The notes below the pieces were generated by a model. It was given only the letters and a program-made list of their open reading frames with translations. It made no database searches and was not told where the DNA came from. 64,000 bases of DNA, taken from contig CAXXGI010000001.1 of assembly GCA_963674695.2 (NCBI GenBank), positions 928,001 through 992,000 of the forward strand, in the 5' to 3' direction. Of the stretch, positions 18,190-26,606 are shown piece by piece. The translations under genes and the position numbers were made by a program. This DNA is from a bacterium. GTDB lineage: Bacteria; UBA10199; 2-02-FULL-44-16; JAAZCA01. Numbering within the stretch: position 1 is the stretch's first letter; every line of letters begins with the position of its first letter.

Positions 18190-19181
18190 ACCTATCGACC
18201 AACAAGCCGATCCTCTATTTCAGCGCGGCGCTCCTTCTGCTGGCCATCGTCGTCCTCACCCAGCACACCGACACCTCTCGCGTCGGCGATGAGACCGAGC
18301 ATTATTTCATCGAAGACTACGACAGCGCCGATGTCGTACGCATCGAAGTCGAACAGCTCATCGATAGCATCGAACTGCGCCGCACCGAGAAGGGATGGGA
18401 GGTCTCCGAACGGATGACCCCCATGCGCCGCGCTCTCATCAACAAAGGGGGAGAGTCGTTCCCGAAAGAAAAATGGCATCGCGCAGATCCCTCGCGCGTG
18501 GCCAATGCCCTGGGCTCATTCGGCGGTCTCTCTGAGGGGCTGGTGATCTCCGACGACCCGGATCGGCGCAAAATCTACCACGTCGGCCAGACGGGACTTG
18601 CCATACGCCTCTACGACGAAGGGGACAGCGTCATCGCCGATCTCGTCATCGGAAAAAACGCGCCCGATTTTACCTCGAGCTATATCCGCCGCAGCGATGA
18701 AAACGAGGTCCATCGCGTGCGACGACCGCTGATGGGGGCCTTCTCCCCCAGTGCGGAGGATTGGCGCGAACGCCGCCTGTGGACGCTGGAACCGAACACC
18801 ATCACCACGATGACGATCGCCGGCGGAAAGGTAAACAACACTTACGAACAGAACGCAGAGCATCATTGGAGCTGCCGCCGATGTCCGAACGCCACGGTCG
18901 ACCAGGAACACCTGCGCAGCTTTGCCATCAAGCTCGCCTTCTTGCGCGCCGACCAATTTGCCGACGATGTGAGCATCCACAAGGCAGGGCTCGACCATCC
19001 GAGCATGACGGCCACCTTCACCGACAAGAAGGGGGAGACGCGCAAACTGAACATTGGACTGCCTGAGGGTGAATCGTTCTACTATGCCAACGTCGAAGGC
19101 ATCGACGAGATCGTCCTCATCGGCAAGGAAATCGTCGAGCTCGCAAAGGACCTGCCGCGCGAAGCCATCAAACAGAAATGA
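18186..19181 (+). CDS. DUF4340-like protein
   Basis: N-terminal TM, two repeated beta domains (L.IG..., SYIRR, WRERRL, GLDHP); usual position after gldG. Confidence 0.7.
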   Translation: MNLSTNKPILYFSAALLLLAIVVLTQHTDTSRVGDETEHYFIEDYDSADVVRIEVEQLIDSIELRRTEKGWEVSERMTPMRRALINKGGESFPKEKWHRADPSRVANALGSFGGLSEGLVISDDPDRRKIYHVGQTGLAIRLYDEGDSVIADLVIGKNAPDFTSSYIRRSDENEVHRVRRPLMGAFSPSAEDWRERRLWTLEPNTITTMTIAGGKVNNTYEQNAEHHWSCRRCPNATVDQEHLRSFAIKLAFLRADQFADDVSIHKAGLDHPSMTATFTDKKGETRKLNIGLPEGESFYYANVEGIDEIVLIGKEIVELAKDLPREAIKQK

Positions 19182-19188
19182 AGGCGAC

Positions 19189-19659
19189 ATGATGCAGAAC
19201 GAACGCCGCAAAAAAGCCATTCGAACCCTCGCGCTTTGCATTGCCGCCACATCCATCCTGGCCCTTGCCGCGCGCACGAACCATGCACAGTCATCGTCGG
19301 TGGAACACCTCCTGCCGATGACGATCGCCTTCTCCCCCGGAACGCAGCTGATCGCGCGCAACGACGAGACGCGTTTGCGCCTGCTCGCCCATGCGCTGGC
19401 GCAACCCGCTTACAACGGATGGAAGCTGCGCCTCACCGGATACGCCGATTCCACACACGCCACGACCGAGCAGAACCGCCAGCGCCTCATCTTCTATTCG
19501 CAACAACGCGCGATCGCTGTTCGCAATTATCTGGGCGCACAGGGACTCACCGACGATCGCTTCGTGATCGTCGCCGCGGGGGCGGCGTCGTCGCCGGGAA
19601 CAAATAGCCGAAAGGTAGTGATTCAGGGGATACAACCGAGAGAAGCGTCCGGACGGTGA
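19189..19659 (+). CDS. OmpA-like peptidoglycan-binding domain protein
   Basis: Signal-like N-terminus; LTGYAD...SQQRAIAVRNYLGAQGL...SRKVVI. Confidence 0.75.
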   Translation: MMQNERRKKAIRTLALCIAATSILALAARTNHAQSSSVEHLLPMTIAFSPGTQLIARNDETRLRLLAHALAQPAYNGWKLRLTGYADSTHATTEQNRQRLIFYSQQRAIAVRNYLGAQGLTDDRFVIVAAGAASSPGTNSRKVVIQGIQPREASGR

Positions 19660-20508
19660 TCAGGCTTCGCGCGGAGACGTCGCACCTTCGACACTCTGCG
19701 AAAGCCTTCGATAGCTTCTTTGCAGGCTCGCCAGATCCTCGGCGCCGTCGTCGATCTCCTCTTTCTCCGCACCGCGCTTCACATACCGATAGAGGGTGAA
19801 CGCCCCCGAAAGCACGGCAGCGCCCTCACCGAGCACACGAGCCCATGCGATCAGTTCGGACCACCCCGGATAGCTGACGGTCAATTCATCCGAGAGAATT
19901 CTGCCGAAAAAGAACAGCCCCACGACCAGGGCGATCTGCGTCACTGTCTGTTTCTCACATCCATCCCAATCCTCCATCCGCTCCCGGGCTTGATCTTCGA
20001 GCACATCGGCCATGAAGCTGCTGAACGCCACGATGGAGGCATCCGAGATAAACCCGTGCGACCGGAGACTGATGAGCGACTGGGGATGAAAGGATCGATG
20101 GAGCTGCGACACCGACTGAATCGCGCATGGCTTCGAAGGGGTCTCTAATTTCGGCGCAAGACGAGACAGGGCCGCGGTCAACACCGGCGACGCTTCCCGC
20201 ACGAACGCGTTCTTCATCTGTGCATAGGTCGGCTGGGCGCGAATGTCGGCGATGACCTCGCTTGCCTGTTTCATGCCCAGCTGTGCAAACGCGTCGGAGA
20301 CGGCAACCGGCTGCGCTCTCGTGAAATGATATCTGTCGAGCGATTCGCGTGCGACATCGACATCGCCCGCCTGGAGAAAATCGTCGGCCGCGCCCAGCCC
20401 CATCTCGAGTGCCGCAAATTCCCCATCGAGGTTGCCGGGATAGAAATTCGCCGCCGACTGAAATGAGGGGACCGACACCGATCCCACGGATGGGGTGAAG
20501 AAACTCAT
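19660..20508 (-). CDS. Orphan membrane protein, paralog A (2 C-terminal TMs)
   Basis: FYPGNLDGEF...GLGAADDFL motif shared with the ORF starting at 21446. Confidence 0.7.
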   Translation of the reverse strand: MSFFTPSVGSVSVPSFQSAANFYPGNLDGEFAALEMGLGAADDFLQAGDVDVARESLDRYHFTRAQPVAVSDAFAQLGMKQASEVIADIRAQPTYAQMKNAFVREASPVLTAALSRLAPKLETPSKPCAIQSVSQLHRSFHPQSLISLRSHGFISDASIVAFSSFMADVLEDQARERMEDWDGCEKQTVTQIALVVGLFFFGRILSDELTVSYPGWSELIAWARVLGEGAAVLSGAFTLYRYVKRGAEKEEIDDGAEDLASLQRSYRRLSQSVEGATSPREA

Positions 20509-20622
20509 ACCCCCGTATCGCAGAAATCAGTCCGAGGTTTCGCGGTATGTAACTGTTGAGGAGAAAAACCCGCCAGATTTATTTAACACCCTGCGCGGCC
20601 GGATGATGGGATGGCATCTGCG

Positions 20623-21446
20623 TCACAATGATGAGCGTGCGAGGGAAGTATAGCTGGCGCGAAGCGTTTTGATGCTTCGCAGGCGCCCATCGATGGTATT
20701 CCGATCGCGAACATGGAGGTCGCGCTGACCGAAGAAACGGTTGTAGGCGTCTATGGCCGCTCGCCCCCGAGGATAAGGACGATCCCTCCGTAGATGGCAT
20801 AGGGCGCCCACGCCGGAAATGACGCGGGGAGGTTCAGCACCGCGACGGCGGATACCATGACTATCCCGGCACGGGCCATTTCGGCGAGAAAGAAGCCGTC
20901 GTAATCGGCGCTCATTCGGCTGACCTGCCGGACCTCCCGCCGCAGCGCTTCATCCATGAACAGGGCGAAGTTCGCCACGTCCTCCGAGGCGAGGATGCCT
21001 TGGTCTCGCCGTTGCTGGAGCGTGCGCGACAAGAACGGGCTATGGATCTCCTGCAGCCAATAGGGGGCACGAACCCGATAGCGCTGCATCGACTCGACCT
21101 TGTCATGAAATCCCTGCTTTAGTGCGGGCGCGGCCGATGCGATAAACGCATCCCGCATCTGCCCCAATGTCGGCCTGTCGCGAATCTCGGCGAAGACCTC
21201 GTCGGCGTTGTCCATCCCGAGCCAGGTGAACGCCTTCGGAACGGAGATGGCCCGTTCGTCCTGGGTGCGCTGATCGAGCGCGGCACGGGCGAGATCCTCG
21301 GTCGGCGCGTCCAAAAAATCATCGGTCACGCCCAATCCCAGTCCCAGCGGCAGAAATTCCCCATCGAGGCTGGCCGGATAGAACGACGGCGCCATCTGAA
21401 AGGCCGAGCCATACACGCCGGAACTGTTCGCCAGAAACTCGTTCAT
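20623..21446 (-). pseudogene. Orphan membrane protein, paralog B, frameshifted near the 3' end
   Basis: MNEFL...FYPASLDGEF...GLGVTDDFL; the frame stops at 20751, but homologous C-terminal sequence (LRASYTSLARS) continues in another frame to 20623; the shift falls at a G5 run (20764-20768). Confidence 0.6.
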
Positions 21447-21630
21447 GGTTCGGTTATCGCTCGGGAGGAGAAAAAGTTTTGTGTTTTTTTCTACATTGCA
21501 GGAATGAGCGGATGACCCTATCGCGCGCATAGACGGCGCCACAGCATGAGACCAAAACCGATGAGGAGGGAGAACCCTGCGACGCTGAGCCAACGATCGG
21601 TCGCGAGGCAGCATCGAGCACATCGACACA

Positions 21631-22959
21631 TCAACTCCCTCGATCACCTTCGAGAAACACCGTGTCTGGGAAAAGAGAGGCTGCATAGAGGGGATAGTTG
21701 CAAATACCCCGCGACGTGCTGAAATTGGATTGCGATGTGCGCGATAAGAGAGAGGGTTTGTATCTCTTCCCATACTCACCGAGGCTTTTCGACCGTTTGA
21801 CCATACCCGACTTGACCTCCAGCGGGAGAACCTCTTCATCCTTCGCGACAATGAAATCAATTTCTGCACGGCCACGGCTTGTCCAGTAATAGAGTTGTCT
21901 CTCGTGTCTTGCTCTCAATTCTTGCGCGACATAATTTTCGACAAAAGCACCCTTGAAATGCGTAAAGAGCTTGTTCCCCTCGACAATCGTCTTTGGAGTG
22001 AGATCCAGCATTGCTCCCAAGAGGCCCGTGTCCAGCATGAAGAGCTTGAAGATATGATGTTCAGCATATCCCTCGAGCGGCACACCCGGAATGGAAACAT
22101 TGTAGGATTTGTAAATGAGCCCCGCATCGACGAGCCACTGAAGCGCGTTCTCATATGCCCTGGCACGGGCGTTTTTGCTCAGCGTGGAGAACGTGAATTT
22201 CTTGTTCTCCCTTGAAAGATGGGTTGGTATCGATTCCCAGATCTGACTGATCTTCATCACATCGCTACTCGGCGCATGTTTCGAAAAATCCAGCGCATAT
22301 GATTGCAGGATCTCCTTCTGCGTATCTCTCACGATGCTGAAATCGCGCGTAGCGAGGTAGCTGGAAACGACCTCCGGCATGCCTCCTGTGTAGTAGTAGA
22401 TCCTCAGCAGGTCTATGAGTTCGTCATGAAAGGGCCGAAGGAGAGGGGTAAAGGACGTATGCTCCTCGACGACTCGCCTCAAGTTCAATTTCCCCACGGC
22501 AGTGAGAAACTCGAAGAAGGTCATGGGGTAGAGATGAAGGAAGTTCACCTTTCCGACCGGAAATGGCTTTGTCCTTGTCAGCTTGATTCCCAGGAGCGAA
22601 CCGGCTGCGATCACGTGATACTGACCTGCCTTCTCGCAGAAATACTTGAGGCTGTTCAATGCGCCTGGAGATTCCTGAATCTCATCGAGGACGATGAGTG
22701 TCGCCCCCGGTTTTATCCTTTCGTTGTCGTACGCTGAGAGGCGTTCGATGAGCGTGGAGGGTTCGAGGCTTCCCTGAAAGAGGTCGTCGAGACCGGGGTC
22801 TTCATCGAAGTTGAAGGAGGCGAGATGATCGTACTCGCTATTTCCGAATGCCTTGAGGAGCCAGGTCTTCCCGACCTGACGGGCGCCCTGAAGCACCAAG
22901 GGTTTGCGCCGCGGTGATGACTTCCAGGAAAGGAGCCTGGCATATAAATCTCGTTTCAT
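21631..22959 (-). CDS. AAA_14 / DUF4143 ATP-binding protein
   Basis: GARQVGKT, LDEIQ, AAGSLLG, PMTFFEFL, GGMPE, C-terminal EIDF..PLEVKSG nuclease-like motif; visibly lower GC than its flanks. Confidence 0.9.
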   Translation of the reverse strand: MKRDLYARLLSWKSSPRRKPLVLQGARQVGKTWLLKAFGNSEYDHLASFNFDEDPGLDDLFQGSLEPSTLIERLSAYDNERIKPGATLIVLDEIQESPGALNSLKYFCEKAGQYHVIAAGSLLGIKLTRTKPFPVGKVNFLHLYPMTFFEFLTAVGKLNLRRVVEEHTSFTPLLRPFHDELIDLLRIYYYTGGMPEVVSSYLATRDFSIVRDTQKEILQSYALDFSKHAPSSDVMKISQIWESIPTHLSRENKKFTFSTLSKNARARAYENALQWLVDAGLIYKSYNVSIPGVPLEGYAEHHIFKLFMLDTGLLGAMLDLTPKTIVEGNKLFTHFKGAFVENYVAQELRARHERQLYYWTSRGRAEIDFIVAKDEEVLPLEVKSGMVKRSKSLGEYGKRYKPSLLSRTSQSNFSTSRGICNYPLYAASLFPDTVFLEGDRGS

Positions 22960-23080
22960 AACAATATGTTACCGAAATGGAGTACCAATAACAAGCGTTA
23001 AGTTGATAAAACGTGATAAATGACACGTTTTATCATCGTAAAACGTGACCACATTCACGTTATAGGCTGATATTGCGTGA

Positions 23081-25339
23081 TTATCTGCCGGTATATCGAA
23101 TCTTCATACGCAGTCGCAGGACGGCGGCGAAGCCGATGAGGAGGGAGAACCCTGCGAAGGTCAGCCAACGATCGATCGTGCGGCCGTCATCGACGAGCGC
23201 ACAGCTCGAAGAACCGCCGCCGTCGAGATCGCCCGTTCCGCTGTAGGCGGAGGTGTCCGCACTGACGGAAGCGAGCACATTCACGGCGTTGACCTTTCCC
23301 GCGCCGTAGCTGTTGGCCGCAACGACGGTCTTGGCCGTCATGCCGTCGGTGGACGCGCCCGTCTGCAGGGCGGTGCGCACCTGACTCACCGAAAGCGTAT
23401 TGTTGCGCTCGAGCAAGAGCGCCACGATCCCCGTCACATGCGGCGAGGCCATCGAGGTCCCGGCCGCCTTGTAGTAATTCTCCCCTACCGTAATGGCGGA
23501 AGAGAGTGTGGACCCTCTGGCCTTGGCCGCAATGATCGGCTCGCCGGGCGCAACGATGTCGGGCTTGGTGGTCTCCGTTGCATCCGCCTCCGGTCCGAGG
23601 CTCGAAAACGAGGAGAGATCTGCAGTCGTACTTCCATATCCCCCGTCGGCGACGACCGCCTGATCATAGGTGATGCCGTTATCCCCCGTCCAGGATGAGG
23701 TCGCTGCACCCACGGGTTTGGGCGGCATGAAGCTCCCGACGGCGATCACGCCCGATGCTGTGGAGGGAACGGTGGCGGTGTAGAAGCTGTCACCATCGGC
23801 GAGCGCATATCCGGCCTCGGCACCCGCGCCCACATCGAACCCCGCACCGGCGACGTTCTGCAAAAAGTCATGGACGCTCGTCACATCATAATAGAGCCAC
23901 ATGTGCCCGGTGCACGCGCCGCCCGAGGCGCGGATGACCACATCGAACCAATAGTTGTTGAGGGCCGAGCCGCGGCTGCCGGAGGGCTTGAAGAGCACCT
24001 GCGCGTGCGGGCGATCGTTGCGCGAGTCCTGGGCATCCACACCGATGGATGCGATGACGGTCCCGTCGGTCGCGGTCACATCATCGGACGTATCGGTCGC
24101 GAAGGGGACGTCGCCCGTCGCGAGTTCGGCATCGTCGGTCGTGGCGATCCCCGGGAAGGTGAAGTCCTGGCTGGCGCGTCCTTCGGTGTAGCCGAGAGCC
24201 GCAACCGAACAGGTGTCCTTCTGGCCGGCATCGAGCCAGGTCTCCACGAGCGACCCGCCGGTGAAGAGGGCGGCGGCGGAGGCGCCGGAGAGCACCATCA
24301 CGCGCACGGCCTTGGACTCGCCCGCGGCGACGCTGATGGAGTGATGCAATCCGCCCAGATAGGTTCGCTGATCGCCGGAGAAGAGCGCGGGCACAAGATC
24401 CTCGTTGCCCGCCGCGTTGACGATGATGCGCCCGCCCTTTGTGGAGGAGAGCGCGGTGAGTCCCTGTTCGAGAAGCGAGGTCCCGTCGTGCGCGCCGATC
24501 GACGTCCCGAGGCTCAAGTTCACGACCGCCGCCTTATCGAGCACATCGGCCTTCTCGAAGATCACATCCACGCCTTCGAGGACATTGGTCCCAAACGTTC
24601 CACCGGAATCGCCGTTGTTGCCCGCGCCCACGAAGACGAACATGATGTCGGCGAGATTCGCTACCCCTGTATAGGTCGCATTGCCCCCCGCGGCGATGCC
24701 GGTGACGTGCGTACCGTGCACACCGCCCTGCCCTTCGTCCGTGATGGAACAACTGCCCGCATCGATCTGCCCCTTCGTGCAGGTCAGAAGCGTCCCGTCC
24801 TCAGTCTGCTGCACATACTGCACGCGCGTCTTGCCCGTGCTCTTCAGAAAATCCGGGTGCCCGTAGTCGAGCGATTCATCGACGATGCCGACGACAACAT
24901 TGGTGCCGTGATAGGCCGTGCCCAAACCCCCGCCGCCTTCCTGCACCGTCTGCACGCCGGAATAATACCGCGCGGTATTCATCTTGCTCGAGAGGTGACC
25001 GGCCGCCTCCATCGCCGTGACCTCCGCGCGCGCGGCGATGATCTCGACCACATCGAGCGGCAGGCGCGCCGAGAGAACATCGCCCGCGATCGCGCCGACG
25101 CTCCCGCCCCATGCCTCCACGGCATCGACCGTCGCGTTCACGTCGCTGCTCTTGATGAAACAGGGGACGAAGAGCGCATCGTTCTCGCGCACGAGCGACT
25201 TGGAAGCGAGCGCTTCCCCCTGCTGCGCATCCCGCACGATCGCGCGAAGCGAAAGATCCATCGGGGAGGCCTGTGCAACCGCACTCGCGGTGCACAACGC
25301 CATCGTCACCGTCATCATAATGATCGTTCTTCGCATCAC
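23081..25339 (-). CDS. Secreted S8 subtilase with C-terminal Cys/TM sorting signal
   Basis: VGIVD, HGTHVTGIAAG, NAAGNE, GTSMASPHVTG; signal peptide; ends GGGSSSCAL-TM-basic tail. Confidence 0.92.
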   Translation of the reverse strand: MMRRTIIMMTVTMALCTASAVAQASPMDLSLRAIVRDAQQGEALASKSLVRENDALFVPCFIKSSDVNATVDAVEAWGGSVGAIAGDVLSARLPLDVVEIIAARAEVTAMEAAGHLSSKMNTARYYSGVQTVQEGGGGLGTAYHGTNVVVGIVDESLDYGHPDFLKSTGKTRVQYVQQTEDGTLLTCTKGQIDAGSCSITDEGQGGVHGTHVTGIAAGGNATYTGVANLADIMFVFVGAGNNGDSGGTFGTNVLEGVDVIFEKADVLDKAAVVNLSLGTSIGAHDGTSLLEQGLTALSSTKGGRIIVNAAGNEDLVPALFSGDQRTYLGGLHHSISVAAGESKAVRVMVLSGASAAALFTGGSLVETWLDAGQKDTCSVAALGYTEGRASQDFTFPGIATTDDAELATGDVPFATDTSDDVTATDGTVIASIGVDAQDSRNDRPHAQVLFKPSGSRGSALNNYWFDVVIRASGGACTGHMWLYYDVTSVHDFLQNVAGAGFDVGAGAEAGYALADGDSFYTATVPSTASGVIAVGSFMPPKPVGAATSSWTGDNGITYDQAVVADGGYGSTTADLSSFSSLGPEADATETTKPDIVAPGEPIIAAKARGSTLSSAITVGENYYKAAGTSMASPHVTGIVALLLERNNTLSVSQVRTALQTGASTDGMTAKTVVAANSYGAGKVNAVNVLASVSADTSAYSGTGDLDGGGSSSCALVDDGRTIDRWLTFAGFSLLIGFAAVLRLRMKIRYTGR

Positions 25340-25445
25340 TGCCCTCCGCGGTATGAGAATGGAAATCGTGCTATTCGGTCAGCGCACAAAATGCAATCCT
25401 TGGTCTTTTGCCTTGAGGGGGGGGGAGATCTCTCGAAATGAGGCT

Positions 25446-26354
25446 TCAGCTGCATTCCGGCGCAGAAAGGAGCGATGGCAACCGGGCGCCGCGCATGAGC
25501 GCGCGCACGGGAATCGCGGTGTCGCGCTCGGGCCAATCCTGCGCCAAGCGCGTGATCAGATCATCGTCGAGCTGCTCGATGGCGATGCCGCCTCGCATGA
25601 GTTCCGCGATAATCGCAGCCTTCCGACGCCCTCCGTATCGATTATAATGATCGGGAAAGAAGAGGAGCTCATCGGCGCGCAGCTCGACGGGACGGTAGAC
25701 GAGTCGCACCGGGACGGGGGTGTGCAAGCGCACCTTGTGGGTTCGGCGGCGATTCGACCGATAGGTCTGAAGGAGCTTCGGATCGTTCTCATCGGAAAAG
25801 GTGCGCTGCAGATACCAGGCGATCGCCTCGACCTCGTCGTTGTTCATACGCATGCAGCCATGCGACGCCGCGCGCCCCACCGTCCAGGCCTTGTTCGTCC
25901 CATGAAAGAGGATGGCATCGCCGAGCGCCATCTTGGCCACACCCAGCGGATTGCCCGGTCCGGGCGGCGTTGGCTTATCGTTGCGCGCCCAGCCAGACGG
26001 AGGCGGATACCACCAAGGATTCCATTCGATGCGCCGAATGGTCGACTCCTGCTCCGGCGTTGGATAGATGCCGCGACCGATCGCGATGCGGCGCCGAAAG
26101 AGTTCGACGCCGTCTTCAAAGAGCGCCATCTCGGTCGCGGGGATATTGACCACGATCTCGATGTTCGGCGGCATCTCCGGTTCCATCGTCATTCGTGATG
26201 CCGGGGAAGACTCGGCCGTACCAGCGACGACGGTCTGCTCCACTTCCTCCTCGGTCGGTTCATCGGGTTCGGGTCCGAACCCCCACACCCCCAACCCCAC
26301 GGCCACGATGATCGCCAACATCCAGTAAGCGGGCTGCTTGTAGAACCTGGTCAT
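25446..26354 (-). CDS. L,D-transpeptidase (YkuD family)
   Basis: IVVNIP, NPWWYPP, PGPGNPLG, FHGTN, ASHGCMRM. Confidence 0.92.
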   Translation of the reverse strand: MTRFYKQPAYWMLAIIVAVGLGVWGFGPEPDEPTEEEVEQTVVAGTAESSPASRMTMEPEMPPNIEIVVNIPATEMALFEDGVELFRRRIAIGRGIYPTPEQESTIRRIEWNPWWYPPPSGWARNDKPTPPGPGNPLGVAKMALGDAILFHGTNKAWTVGRAASHGCMRMNNDEVEAIAWYLQRTFSDENDPKLLQTYRSNRRRTHKVRLHTPVPVRLVYRPVELRADELLFFPDHYNRYGGRRKAAIIAELMRGGIAIEQLDDDLITRLAQDWPERDTAIPVRALMRGARLPSLLSAPECS

Positions 26355-26484
26355 GCATCCCCCCCAGAACCCTTCTCCGTTGCCCCCTTTATTGTAGCGT
26401 CTGTATCATCAGGAAAACACTTGAAAATCATGCATCATCCCCCCATCTGCATTATTCCAGAATTGATAGCATTACACTCCTCCT

Positions 26485-26606
26485 GGGCCATCATCACCGC
26501 GTTTCGCGTTCTTCCCGGAGGAGTATCAAGGCGCGTTTGCGAGGGGTAGCGAGCGAAGCGCGCCCCACGACGAAGGGAAGAGCGCGAAACGCGGTGATGA
26601 TGGCCC
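26485..26606. mobile_element. MITE-like element with 32-bp terminal inverted repeats
   Basis: gggccatcatcaccgcgtttcgcgttcttccc ... gggaagagcgcgaaacgcggtgatgatggccc (one mismatch); abuts the asmA stop. Confidence 0.65.

Noticed and set aside
14858-19181. Gliding-motility function for the GldA/F/G-like operon
   Set aside because: This ABC family is widespread in non-gliding bacteria, and nothing in the window supports motility.
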